Of a stretch of 64,000 nt of DNA, positions 23,866 through 37,247 are shown in pieces. Each line of letters starts with the position of its first letter. Positions within the stretch are counted from its first letter, which is position 1. The stretch spans positions 768,001-832,000 of the forward strand of contig JAYQLI010000035.1 in assembly GCA_038143065.1 (NCBI GenBank), in the 5' to 3' direction. The notes under the pieces were generated by a model that was given only the letters and a program-made list of their open reading frames with translations, searched no databases and was not told where the DNA came from. A program made the translations under genes and the position numbers. This DNA is from Rhodospirillales bacterium (GTDB taxonomy: Bacteria; Pseudomonadota; Alphaproteobacteria; Bin95).

Positions 23866-24516
23866 TCAAACTACCGAAGCAATTTCATCGAAAGCAAACT
23901 TGGGCCCACGTTCCTTAACACTTGCTGGATCACCGTACCCAATATTGCATAGGAAGTTAGCTTTATAAGTGGTGCCTGACAAAAACGTCTCGTTGACCTT
24001 AGCTGCATCAAAACCCGACATAGGACCGCAATCCAGGCCGAGCGAGCGCGCAGCTAAAATCATATAACCACCCATTAATGAGCCATTACGGAAGCTTGCC
24101 TGCTCAGCCATTTCAGGGCTCTTCTCAAACATAGTTTTCATATCACCGTGAGGAAAAGCCTATCCATATGTCGCCAGAATTCTGGATCATAGGCAACAAT
24201 AAGCTGTCACCGGTGCTGTCATTGTTTTTTCGATGTTACCGGAAGATAAACAGGGTTTCAGCTTGTCCTTTCCTTCTCGTGATTTGACAAAAACAAATCT
24301 TGCTGGTGAGGAATTAGCACTAGTTGGTGGTAATAAAGTAAGTTCAATAAGACGATGAAGAAGTGCTTCAGGAACCTTTCTATTTAGCCAGCCATAGCAA
24401 GTCCTACCTTCATGGAAGAGAAGGTCAGCACCATTATCATCAAGCTTTGATACACGCTCTTTCATAGAGGCAAATTTTGACGCTTCTTCATTGGCATTGG
24501 ACATGTGATTATACAT
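23866..24516 (-). CDS. Malonic semialdehyde reductase RutE-like nitroreductase (frameshifted)
   Basis: PTSANSSPARFVFV, RNGSLMGGYMILAARSLGLDCGPMSGFD, NFLCNIGYGDP. Confidence 0.85.
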
Positions 24517-25223
24517 TAGTTGAGAAGTAACTGATCAAACAGTAGTTGAGGATTTTTAAACCTAATTTTAGTAAAACACTTTAGTTATGCATTTGGACCC
24601 ATCCCAAAAATAAAAAAGGCAACGGACACTCCGCACACGTTGGAACTTTTTTTGTCATAATGTGTCGGGGCGAGATCCAATGAAGAAAAAGTCGTATCAG
24701 AGGGTTAATTTTTTATCTTTTTCAAGTTTTTTCATACACCGCATGAGTCTTACTTCACTTATATCAGATGGATTGACACAGAGAATCCTATTATACTCAG
24801 AACGGTATAGTTATGTCCGCACCGCAAAGGCCCAAAGCCAGGTAATTTGTGGCGCACGCTTAAGCATTCAAAGCAACTTGAACAGCGTTAACCGCTTCAG
24901 AACCAAATTTCGCCACTAGACCTTTAACGCTTGGAAAACACCAGCAAACGCGCTACAACATTTCTGACCTACAGCTGTCGTACAAATCCCTCAGAGCTTG
25001 TCCCAATTGGTAATGATTACCTAAAAACTCCCAACAGGCGAACTTGATAAAGATTGATTAAGAAAAGTGAAACCAAACAATACACAAAGGGCCGAGTTGT
25101 GTTTCAGCTATAGAAGGCTTGTCAGCGAACAGCAAAAATAAGCCTATCGAAATTCGGTTGGCATGCAACCAGGATTGGAATGAATATGTTCAAACGCAGT
25201 GTCGTGAAGGTCAAATAATACTT

Positions 25224-25300
25224 GAGGCTGCGTAAGACGGGGTTTTGGATAACCCCTACCTCAGACTTCGGTAGCCCTAACTGAAAGGAGGCTAATCTTT
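25224..25300 (+). mobile_element. Possible relic insertion-sequence left end (IS256-like), no transposase
   Basis: GAGGCTGCGTAAGACGGGGTTTTGG...CGGTAGCCCTAACTGAAAGGAGG resembles recalled alphaproteobacterial IS256 left ends; strong SD with no convincing ORF after it. Confidence 0.3.
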
Positions 25301-25546
25301 CGCTGCCATTATGCCCTCAGATCGGCACTTAACTCCTTGTATTATCTCTTTGCAGAAGCGCGACGTCCCAACTCTAATATTTTTTGGAGCAGCAGATTAC
25401 ACTATTGTAATCCCTAATATACACCAAAAATTATAGACTTTTTCTATTCACACTATGGAAAACACTAAATATAAACCCAATTACGATGGTAAAGTAATAA
25501 TTCATATACATGTTATTTTTTTGACTATATACCATTAACTTACTAC

Positions 25547-28060
25547 TTATTTACTGCTTTTCCCAAATTCGACACCATATAGTTTTCTCTTACATCCTTA
25601 ACTGCAGATAGTTTGCGGCACCATTTTGTGAATTGTGGATAGCAAGATCTCTTAAATATCTAGGCTTTATCCCCCTAGTCTTCATAACCAGTTAACTTAA
25701 CAAATCCACCACCATACTCTTCCTTCTTCTTAAAAGCAGCAATTCCCAAGCGTACATCTGAAAGCGAAACAGGACCCCAGATCCAATACTGATAAATCTT
25801 TGCTTGTAAGCCCAATTTCAGCATTCAAAACTTTAACATTACTGCCTTTGATATGACTATTTTTTCTTCTTTGCGCCATACCCCTCTGTCACCAACCTGT
25901 TTTATCGAAACATTTTCTAGGAAATGCTTCACTTCCAGAAAATCTAAACGTCATTGACATTTTCAAAGACACTTCTTCTAATAGAACCGTTAGAAAAGTC
26001 GCTATCATTATGCGTCGCTATAAACATTTTTAAATGTTGAATTGCTTACAGTAAATGTTGACCTGAATGTGTTCAAAGTCTTCCGCTTTATTGGTAACAA
26101 ATGAGCAGTTCTCCAGCTCCACTTTTGTTTCGTAAAAAGTGACACTTGCAGTCAAGCTTGAATATTCAGGGTTTGGTGCACTTAACTGATGGAAGTTCAC
26201 GTTTCTAAAATATTACCAAAATTTTTACCCGAAATGTAACACCTCCACCAGAGAAATTTGATGATTGTAGTGATATGGGTTGATTTTGTACCAATAAATG
26301 AAATGGTGATCTGCTTATAATTGATGCGTGCCATTGATCAGGTTCACAACTAAACCTGCATTTCCAACACCACAAAACCCCTCAGGGATGAATAAATCTT
26401 TATCTAACTCGATATATGATGAAGAAAAAGTAATTCGTTTAAACTCCTCATCAACCAAAAAGCGTTGATCTCGCTTCAGCCTGTTCAGTGATGAACCCCA
26501 AAATTGAGGCAAATAATTTCCGTCGCTGTCAGAGATAGAAAAAATGGGCAATGTTCGTATTTTGCGGTTTCCCTTCACTCCCAGCGACACGGTAATCAAT
26601 GCTAAGATCAAGCTCGTGATCTCCTGTTCTAAACCTAGTCTCAAACATAGAAGTCGACCCTGGGGGAAGCATCTGCCACCAAAAATAGGCTCTTGGCGAG
26701 AATCATAGTTTGTTCCAACAAGCTCGATTGGCATGATCGACCAATTTTTGATTGTCATTTAACCTGCCCTCCATCAATTTGTTTACTTAATCCCAATAAA
26801 TGCATCTTACTATTAATAAAATTTTAATCTGCGCCTGACGCTGATATAAAACTCTTTAGGAAAATAGAATGGGTACTGCTTTAAATAATATACGCTCTTG
26901 ATGCTCAAACTGGTCGGATATTTCCTGAAAAACTCATCAAGATATTCTAAGTTACTTACACGGACAAGGCTTTCAACAAACCTCTTGTTAAATTATCATT
27001 CGTTAGAAGTTTCTTAAATAGAGGCAAATCTCTGCTCCCTCTAATATTTCCTTACTCAAGAAAATTCTGATTGAGGGGGACCATCTGAAACTCTTAAAGA
27101 GTTGTATTCTTGTAATCGGCTCAACAAGGTTAGAAACTGGGTTAAGGTATAGAAACGTGTTTCATTATTCAACCGCATGCCGGCTATCCATTAACTCTAA
27201 AAATTGCCAGATGCGATGCAAATTTCTTCACATCTAAAATATTCTCAATATCCAGGATACCGTCATTTTTCATTAAATCATGAAACGCAACCTCGATTAA
27301 TCTTGCCGTCGCCTCAGCAGGAGTTTTGTTGTATTTATTTATTTTCATTAAAAATTCCTAACATCACCGTCATTATTGACATTAAATATTATGCCTTCCT
27401 CTGTGCCCATTTCTTGCTCGATAAGCTCTTTCCAAAATGCTCCTCCAGCGCATAAATACCCCAACTCTCCCCGTTTACCTTGAGACTTACAAAAAAATAT
27501 TTAAGAGCTATCAGTCCTTCCCGTCTTTCCAGTTCATGGCCTACCCATTCCACCAAATTATGGCGTGCCTTTGGCGGGAAGTAGTTTGAATTCCGACATT
27601 CCAAGTATTTTTGATCTCTTCCTTACATTAACCTTAAACGCCCTTTTCTTGGCGTTACCAATCATGTCAAGATTCAGGCCAGTTGGAGAAATCTTACTTT
27701 GTAATTCTTACCATTAACCAACAGCTTGGCAGGAACTGAAATTTCTGTTCTTCCTACTAATTTGACCTTTATTCAGCGCAGCTTCTAGCTGCATTGAGTA
27801 ACCATATCTTCAAAATCTATATTATTTCAAATTATGCGTATCAACGCCAAAACTGGATACATAGTTTCTAAAAACCTTCAGTTTTTTGTTTTCGTGGCGT
27901 CGTAAATCACTTTGCGCCGACGCGGCAGTTTGGTTGCGCTGAAGATTGGCACCCAGTAAAATGCAGAAAAAGCCAAAACCCGCCAAGAAAAGACATAGAA
28001 AAAACCCAATCACGGTCTGTTTTGGAACAGATATCTCTACAAATTTTTAAAAAATTTCTC
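25547..28060 (-). CDS. CotH kinase-family protein with N-terminal membrane anchor and C-terminal beta-helix-like region (multiply frameshifted)
   Basis: N-terminal hydrophobic stretch IGFFLCLFLAGFGFFCILLG; HNLVEWVGHEL..REGLIALKYFFVSLKVNGESWGIYALEEHFGK (CotH G-x-Y-x-x-E-E motif); C-terminal SVTFYETKVELENC-type repeats. Confidence 0.65.
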
Positions 28061-28096
28061 CAGTATATTCTTACTCGGCAAAACTACCTTCATTTG

Positions 28097-28782
28097 CTAC
28101 ATTACCTTTCTCGTATCCAGGAAACGCACCTCAAGCGTAGGATCAAAATCAAGCAAACTATTTTGAAGATCGGTCAAGTGTGAGCTGCTAATAATGCTAG
28201 CAGTGAAAGAAATTTCGAAGACTCTGGCGTACTATCCAACCTCTTTAAGTCAGCAGATTCAGAATAACGAGAGAGAATTTCTGATTATCTGCTTCGGCTG
28301 CACCCGATCTGACCAGGCTTATTTATGGTTACAAACATTACATTTGAATCATGCGGATCACTAAACATTTGTTTGCGAAAAAATTAATGCCGACAACATA
28401 AACACAAAGCCAATTGACGTGATAATTATTTGGTTAGCGCCGTAGCCAACACCAACCATTATGCAAACAAACAAAATACCACCTCTGGTTCTTTTATCGC
28501 GGATCGAAAACGAACAATTGATAAAGCACCGACTAGGCCAAGTGATAACGCCAAAGATGACTTGACAATTGTTATAATCACCATTGTAGCCAAAGACTAA
28601 TGGAACGAAAATTTTGCCAAAAAGGCCCGATCAGAGAGCGATAAACCATATTTTTTGTAAATTTGTTGCAACAAAATAGCTGCAATAGATGTTAAAATTA
28701 AACCGATTAGAAATTCCAGAACTGAAACAGGTGTATTAGTAACAGCTAAGAACTTATTCATTAATTCATTGGTGACTTCCAT
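28097..28782 (-). CDS. DUF4956 family membrane protein (frameshifted)
   Basis: Signature IITIVKSSLALSLGLVGALSIVRFRSAIK read at 28495-28580, followed by GVGYGANQ TM segments. Confidence 0.85.
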
Positions 28783-28858
28783 TTAATTACCCTTTTCAGT
28801 TCTTAACTAATAATAACGCCTAGGTATCAGTAAAAAATATGAACAATATAAGCTATTC

Positions 28859-29536
28859 TTAGTTGCTACTCCAATTTCGAAGATTATCAATGCCAAAGAC
28901 ATACTTTGAACTTTTTGTAACTCGACTTCTTTAAAGCTCTGAGAAATGCTTCAGCTTTCGAAAAAGCCTCTGGCGAATTTAATTTCAACAATAACCGAAC
29001 GCGAACGGAACGGTGACGGGTGACAGCCGCAGAGGATTGATGTCATAAAATTTAAGTTGGTATCGACCGTTAATCTGAATTCTGCATCCCTATTCAAGAA
29101 GTACTGCCTATCATAGGAATTAACTAACGTCGGCTCGAGAAGACCAACATCAACAAAATTCTTACCAAATTTTTCAACTACTTCTCTATTTTTGAAATTT
29201 ATTATATTTTTAGTTGTAATTTTTTTAGAAAAATCAAATAACACGGGCTCTATCTCATTTATCTTTCCAGCCCTAGCATTCCAGATTTATCTTAATCTCC
29301 AGGATGGGAGAATTAGAAATGTCTTTTAATCCGCCGTACCATCTTAATCTGACTTTTTCTGACTTTTTCACCCTCAACATTATCAGCAAACGAAGATAGA
29401 TCAAAAGTATCAAAATATATATTGTTAATTTGCCGCTTATGATGAATTGATCGAAGTGCATCAGGTGTGTTTTCACCCTGTATAAAACCTCATGAATATC
29501 AGTGTCATCTATAAAAATTTTAAGTTCATATCTCAT
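28859..29536 (-). CDS. VTC-domain (polyphosphate polymerase / CYTH-like tunnel) protein (frameshifted)
   Basis: MRYELK (ExK), NNIYFDT, KVRLRWYG, ILEIK, YDRQYF..RLTVDTNL, VIVEIKF, SKYVFG. Confidence 0.85.
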
Positions 29537-29765
29537 ATTAGTGCCCCTACCTCATCGATGAATTCAACAAAAATCCATCGAACACTCCGGGATTCATAGA
29601 GTTAATCAGGATCTATGGACTTACAAAAATATCAATCCAGTTAGCAAACACCATTACAATTTCATTTAGGCAAAATACTTTTTATGAACTAGTGAGGCAC
29701 CAAAACCTGTTTCTAATCATATGCTGTCAGCGGACAGACTTTTTCATACTTAAGGTATTTTTGTT

Positions 29766-30770
29766 TTAACTATAGTTTAAACGCCCCTTTTGATGCCAGC
29801 GCCATGCGTCTGTTATGATTTTTTTTAAATCTGGATCGATGTGCAGACCAACCCAGTTCATTAAATGCGCGCATTGAGCCAGACACGAGCCTACTACAGT
29901 CCCCAGGCTGCCTTCTCAGCCACATTCACTGCTAGCTTGCGACCAGTAACACTCGATATGTTTTCTGTTACCTCTTTTTAACAGAGAACCCAGCTCCTGT
30001 CCCAAGATTAAATACGCCACATGTATTACCATTTTCCAACCATTTAAGACCCAAAATATGAGCATCAACTAAGTCACATACATGCACATAATCACGAATA
30101 CATGTTCCATCAGGGGTAATCATAGTCATCACCAAAAATTGTAAACTCGCCGCCTTTACCATCAACTGCAGCAAGTAAGTAGGGATTGGTGGAGTTTCTA
30201 TTGATGATATTCACAATTTCGAGCTTTCAGGGTCTGCCCCGCTACGATTGAAATACCTAAATATAACATAATTAAGATTAAATGATGCTCTAGTTCGCGA
30301 TAATGTTTTCGACAGCGAGCTTTGACGCTTCCCATAAGCATTTGTTGGATTTTGCAAACTGTTTTCGTCCAACAACACGTTGTCCTGCTCACCATACGTT
30401 GCACAAGTCGAAGAAAAGATAAAATTCCTTACACTCGTGTTCAACAGCTGACTGAATCAAATTCAATGAGCCCAAAACATTGTTTTTCCAATATTTGTCG
30501 GGAACGTGCATACTCTCATGAACTTGGCTAAGCGCAAAGTGCATGACCGCTACAGGCAAATATTTTTTAAATACATCATCTATTCGCTTTTTTTGTTTCG
30601 AAGATTCTACTAATTCGAAAGGGTCAGGAATTTCGCGGCCTCTTCCTTGCCGGTATATAAATTATCAACGGTGTCGCTTGGAACATAGCCTGCTATCTTC
30701 AAGCTCTTGCACGCATGTGAACCAATGCCATGCTGTACCTACCAGGTAACCAAGACTACTTTGCTGACTA
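29766..30770 (-). CDS. galE: UDP-glucose 4-epimerase (multiply frameshifted)
   Basis: [48 protein letters not shown]. Confidence 0.9.
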
Positions 30771-30789
30771 TACTATCCCGCTCCAATTT

Positions 30790-31927
30790 TCGAGCTTGTG
30801 AATTTAATTTTTAACGCAAACGTTGCGGCCGCAAAAAGTCCAACAAGCACAAATAAAGCTGCTGGGAAGCCAAGCGCTGGGGTGCGCTCATACATAAACC
30901 GAACTAAAGCGCGAGAAGATAAAAGTTTCAGTGATATGCTTCACACCACTAACAAGGGCCACAACAGACCACACAAGGCCGCCCAAGAAACTTACACTGT
31001 AACAAGTGCATCGCCATCAGCCAATCTAATGATTTCGTAATTTGCGGACGCAATACTACTGAAAATCCCGTCATACAACAATTGACGTTCAATAAACAAA
31101 GGATAAACCAAAAATATCCAAATCAAAAATGAATTCAGAAAGTATAAATTCCGTTTATCCCAAGACTGTTGCATCGGTGGCATTTCATACTCACGAAGGG
31201 ATAAATATACGACGGAAATCAGTCCATAGTACAAGAATAGCAATAAGAAATACCGTCGCCCCGCTCCGATCTTTAGAAATGATAAATTATAACAAAGGTT
31301 TAAGCGTGATATAAGTCATTGAAAAGAATAAAATGCCAGCAACTAAAAATATTAAGAACCAAAATCTCTTTAGTTCCGTGGGCATGCAGATAGACGTACA
31401 AAGGTAAAAACAAAAATGCTATGTGCGAAGGCTCATTGTAAACGCCGATACTCTTATCCCTGAGCAAGGGCGTACTGAATTTACATATGAAAAGTTTGCA
31501 AAGGCCTGGTATACTTAGCTCAAAACAACCGCAACTACAATTGAGAAAACGGATGCAAAAAAGAGCCCATTTTAATGATTTTAAATCGATTTTCCGAGAA
31601 ATAATAATCGCTACAACAACTAATAATAATTGCTTAAAATAATAAAAATTATTGTTGAAAGTCACAGAATTATCAAAATTTGAAAAAAATTGTCAGTAAT
31701 AAAAAAGAAATTACTAATATAAATGCAATATCTTGCACCTTCCATTTTGTGTTTGAATAATTATAAAAAAGTAGACCAATTAAAGGTAATTGCGACTTTC
31801 CTGCAGATAAAAATGCCGGGAATAAAAAAAATGAATAAATTGTTCTTTTAAAGAAATGTTTCACGATAATACTTTTCAATCTCGATAGCATCCTATTGGT
31901 GAATATTTATTATTTTTTGTTATCCAT
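30790..31927 (-). CDS. Multi-pass membrane protein, probable Wzy/O-antigen polymerase-like (fragmented)
   Basis: Hydrophobic ORF fragments with a GVYNEPSH motif inside the glycan cluster. Confidence 0.5.
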
Positions 31928-31929
31928 TT

Positions 31930-32888
31930 TAATATTATCAATATAAAAATCCTCCCCAGTTTGAAACTAGGAATTGTTTTCCAAAAACTGATCTTACGAC
32001 ATCAGATGCAGCATTTTTTTCATCAACAAAAATGGAATATTGTATTTTAATGCAAGCTGCAGAATCAAAGGGTCACAGTCTATTTGCCTAGCTGGATACA
32101 CAATCGCCGATGCCAAAGAAATAATGCTATGAACTTGCTCCTGCTGCAGCCATCCCAGATATGTTTCTCTAATGGAGCTTTCCCAGAAGCTCCAACATAC
32201 TTTATGATACTTATCGGTAATTAATTTTTAAATCTGTCATGCCCTTTATCTTTAGATGATGACTACGGCAAAACTGAAAGGAGTTTTTTTAACTCTAAGT
32301 GCATTATAGATGAATGGTTTGCCCTCCCCCAAACATAAAGATTTGCAATACTAGTGGATGTACAGCCAAGATGACGCTCAATTAATTTCAGTGATTTAAT
32401 GGGAGAGAGTTCGAATTTTAATTCTCGGAACCGGCAAACAATCCTCATACATAACGTAAATATCGCGTGGATGTATTTCTTCAAGGATAACCGCAGTCTC
32501 CCTTAAGCAATTAAATGATGCGCCTTTAAGTTCACATATGCTTTGCTGAACAAAGTTAAATCTGGCTTTTGAAGGACATATAGTAAAGATAATCGTGTAC
32601 ATAACAAACACAAATCTTTAGGACATATAAATGATAAAAATAAAACTATAGGAAAAAAACGAAAACGTATGAACTATAAATTTTCTGCGCGAAAATAAAA
32701 TATTTAAATATTCGTATATTATTATAGATAATACTCAATATTAACCTAAACGCATTTTCTCCAATCACTGAAACAGTGGACACAGAGTGCCCAAAACCAA
32801 TAAGGACATTTACTTCTTCTTTAGCGACGTGTGTAGCACCGCCATTATCACCGCTAGATAATCAAAAATGACACAAATTTTTGTTCAT
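31930..32888 (-). CDS. Glycosyltransferase, GT4-like (fragmented)
   Basis: N-terminal SGDNGGATHVAKE...GHSV; C-terminal DCDPLILQLALKYNIP resembling the GT4 nucleotide-sugar-binding segment. Confidence 0.5.
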
Positions 32889-32915
32889 GTTTTTTTCGAT
32901 AATGCGTTATAGATT

Positions 32916-33960
32916 TTATTCAAGCGCAGTCTTGACAAATCTACCACTTTGATGAAGCAGGTCGATTCCTATTTTGTTTTCGATTACTTCTTCAATGAAT
33001 ACTCTGTGGGGCTCAATATGCAAATACTGGCACAGCGCGCTGAGCTTACCTCCTCCTGGGGTATAATCCACTCCGACTGTTTTTTTGTCTAAAAGCAACC
33101 CAAGATAAATCCGTGATATCTAGCAGCAATTACAATCTCAGAAGACTTTATATTTTGGATGACATTATACATTGATTATCATAAACTGTCGATGCCAAGT
33201 GTGCTGCAAATTTCCTTTTACTGCTTTACTATCAGGCTTCCAATCTAATTCGTGTAGAGAAGAAAGTTAGTTTATAGCGGGATTTTCGGACGCTAAAAAC
33301 CTCGAGACACCTAAAAAAATGTATTGTTATATTGAACTAAGCTTTATAGCCTCCCGGAACATAAGAACGTGGCAAGAATCGCATGTTAACTGCAATACTT
33401 TTATGAATATGATCTGCACACACCCATTTCTGCAGTTCTCTCGCATAGAAAACTTGCATAGAGCTATTTTATATTGTTTTTGACTTTGCTTGAATCCAAA
33501 TTAAAAGTCGGCCGTAAAACGATGAAATCTTGCAGAGTGAGCAAAAACATTTACAAAAAGTGGCAAATCTTAATTTTCACCGGCCCTATTCCACCCCAGA
33601 TTATTCGCTACAAACTCACTCACCCTGGCCATCAAATTCTAAAAAAACCAAAACAGCATTCTCGGATCGTCCATTAGTGGTCCACCACCAAAAATAAGCT
33701 TATCTCCCTTTTTAAAAACAAGAGTTGTTGTTCTGATACTACTTCAACATATTTTTCTATTAAAATAGCATCAGCCTCAAAGGCTAATGCTATTAATTCC
33801 TGCAATGTAGCTTTTGTGTAACTCTCGGATTAAATGGAACAAATTAAAATAGGTCGACTTTTTGCGAATTAGCTTTTTAAGAATACCAAGTAATATTAAC
33901 TTATCGCCTAAAGTCTCTGTTCCATACCAGCCATAAATTAAAATACAGTTATTTTTCTTT
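32916..33960 (-). CDS. Polysaccharide pyruvyltransferase family protein (fragmented)
   Basis: YGWYGTETLGDKLIL N-terminal motif; IVIAARYHG and DYTPGGGKL near the C-terminus. Confidence 0.7.
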
Positions 33961-35149
33961 ACTCTCGATAACGACCAACAGCACCACTAAACTTGCTACA
34001 AAGTATAATCAGCTACTTAAACTTGTTTATATTCGCAAGCATGCAAAACTTACGATCTAACAAAAGCTTAAATACGCAAATAGTAGAAAAAAATACAAAA
34101 TTATATGTTTTAATTTAGATCCAGGCACAAATATAAAATAAACGCTAAGCATGGCATAAACAATCTTAAATTTCCAACATAGACAATTTATTTTTATTAT
34201 AAAAGCGTCCTTATGGGTATTCATGAAACACAAATGGCGTAGTAAAAGAGGTACCTGAAAACCAATACAACAAACGAATCAATTTCTGGCTGCAGCAGCA
34301 AAAATACAATCAGATGTTCAAATAGTAAACACACTCCAAGTCCACGAGCAACCAGAAAAAAACTAAGGACAGCGCTTAGCACTCGCTAAGGTAGAACACT
34401 TCCATTTTGGTTTGTAAACTTAACATGAAATGGATGGTGAGCTCACATTTAAAAGTGACGATATAAAACATATTTAAACTATTAAGGCGAGAAACAGCCC
34501 CTCACTATTACTTAAGCTTAAAATAGACTTATCAATTATATACCATAATTGTAATCATTCCTCCTTACTAAAATGTACACCAGATAATATGGATTACACG
34601 TTTATTATTTGAAAACTACGTTTCTTTTATAAAACAGCTTTATTTACTCTTTGTAGAGTATAAATAGATAATAAGGAAGATAATGAATAATACAATTACA
34701 ACAATAAAGCGTTTCAGGCTAATAAAGCTACCGCCACCACTAGTCCGACAGCTCTTTCAGAAGATCTAAAATGAAGAAGTTAAGGCATTAACACAACACA
34801 GACATTGCTTGGTGACGTATTTCCACAAAGGCCCAAAGAGGTATTGTTGCGAATTGCAAAAGGTTCAGGTTGAGAAAAAAAAAGCTATCAATAAACAGCG
34901 CTTTATTAACATCGCTGAAACACACCAAAAATGAAAAATATAACAATCATAGTAAAAGACACCTGGGGAGCTTTTGGTGATGGCTCCAATTAAATGGGTA
35001 TTTAAAAGTCGCGAAACAAGGTCAACTGTTAACTCAACACCAAATAGTGTATATACTGTGGAAAAGATCATTTGGATTTGATTTTACAATAAAGTCATGA
35101 CTAAACCAATTAATAAAGTTAATACAATAATTAATTGAAAAAACTTCAT
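33960..35149 (-). CDS. Multi-pass membrane protein of the glycan cluster (polymerase or flippase not resolved; fragmented)
   Basis: ATG 35149 MKFFQLIIVLTLLIGLV; hydrophobic AT-rich fragments. Confidence 0.35.
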
Positions 35150-36204
35150 ATTTTTTGCTTTATTTTTTTATTTGTTGTACAAAATCAGCAGGATCAACTT
35201 CAGAGACATGAGACATGTGATCGTGAAACTTAATTTATTAATCGTTTTACTTCTAACTGTGACGGCTTAGACGACATCTTTTCATTACCATGAATCATCA
35301 AGAAACCGTTACCAATCTTTTTGCATAGAAATGAGCAAACACAAATGTCGCGATTAGGATCAACCATTGTACCGTCGTTTTTCTTTTACACAAATTGAAC
35401 AGGTTGCTTTCAGTTTGGATATAGTCGAGCATCATGCGATAATATGCTGCCCCTTAAATCCATAGTTTGTTAACTTTCTCTCAAGGAGTTGTCGAACTTC
35501 TGAAAGACGGAATTTAGATGAATGAGCCCCATTTGACTTGAGCTAGTTCTTTATTAAAGTCCTATCACCTCAACGTGGTGATAGTTATCGGCAGTTACGT
35601 TTTATTGCGTACTCATTTTAATATTTGTTTTATAAAGGCTGTTTAGGCTTGGTAATAGTGCAGGCTAAATCAACTATGGTTCCAACATCAGCGATATTGC
35701 CTGTGGCAATCAAGCGTCCTTTCTACTTTTCGAAAAACACCGGGTACACCCGTGTGTGGTTATGTACATCACCAACGCCGTCAAGCGACTTACGGTGATG
35801 CGCAACCCAAACTGTTGTAGGTTTCGAGGCAATAATCTCAGGCATTAACCTGATAATCCGCTCAGAATTAAATCCATTAGTAGTGATGCCTATAACCGTC
35901 AATTAGGCAAAACATTGAGCTGCAGTCTTTATAACGCCTGGAAGGTCTTGCCTCAGAAAAGGTTCTCCACCGGTTATTCCAAAATTCTTAATTTCTGAGA
36001 GAAAAGTATTCCTTAGAGCCTTTTCTAACTCCTGAATACTGAAGTCATCGCTGTGATACCTCCATATATCACACATTTCACATCGTGAATTGCATCGATT
36101 GGATACAGAGAGGTTCATAAACGACGGTTTTCGGACATCAAACCAACTCCATGTACTAAAAGGTCGGTGCCATATTTACGAATGTTTTTCAGATTTATTT
36201 TCAT
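35150..36204 (-). CDS. Radical SAM protein (fragmented)
   Basis: SNRCNSRCEMC (CxxxCxxC), ITGGEPFLR, ITTNG, SLDG. Confidence 0.85.
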
Positions 36205-37247
36205 ATTTCTTGATATAGCCTTACTAATTTTTACATGATTAATTGGATCAAACATATTATTTAGTAATGACTGATCTATATTTGTACTACAGCAATTAAA
36301 TTCCTTAACCTTGGCTATGAACTCGGCGCCAGTTGAAAAAACGGCTAAATTGCTTGTTACGGTTTCAAGATCGCTCACTCCAGAAACATTAGTTGAAAAG
36401 ACTATCTTATTCCTCGAAAGGGCTTCAACCATTACCGTCGATAAACCTTCATAGCTAGATGGGATTATCAATGCGTCTATTTCTTCATCAAGTATTTCGA
36501 CATCGGAGACAAAACCTCTTAGCTCAATATTATTCCTGAAATGTCAGGAATCTCCCACATCGGGAACACTGATGCATCAAAGCCAAATAACAGGATTTTT
36601 ATCCCATGCCGCCCCAAAGAGACCGCCAGATCCTGTAAAAACCTTATCTGATTCTTTTGTTTAGAAAGTCTTCCAACTATTCCGAAATACGCCAAACGTT
36701 GGCTTGGTTTCGAGGGTAATTTGAGAGTTTTTCAGTCTGATTGGATTGTAAATCAATGAACATTTATTTGGGCCATTCAGCTGCTTAGTTCGTTTGAAAT
36801 CACGACTACATGATTATAAGAGAGAAATAGTAATTAGGCGCTCGACGAGAAACCCATATTTAAGTGAGAAAATAACGTTCATTGTGAACTGTTCGTATAA
36901 ACTTTGTGGATTTTCTTTTAATTCTAAATCTTAAAAATACTGTCAAGATGTCAGGTACTTCACCATGAGTATGTATTATGTCTGGTGTGAATTTTTTCGA
37001 TTTCATCAACTAAATATTTAAATTGTTCTGATATTTTCTTGAAATTCTTAATTCTCAGTCTTGGAAAATCGCAATATCTAACCCTATTTTCCAGCGCATA
37101 TTGCTTCTCAAGAAATGGATCAGCATTGCCTCGTGCTGCTATTAACCTCGTATCTACGTGTTGCCTTACCAAACCACTCGCTGCGTTCAGGGCCACAAGT
37201 TCAGAACCACCTAACTTTAACTCGTTGGTAAAAACTAAAACCCTCAT
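36200..37247 (-). CDS. Glycosyltransferase family 4 (fragmented)
   Basis: MRVLVFTNELKLGGSE; IPSSYEGLSTVMVEALS. Confidence 0.8.

Noticed and set aside
24662-25220. Short ORFs or a possible transposase remnant in the left spacer
   Set aside because: No recognisable catalytic motif; similarity is too weak to call.
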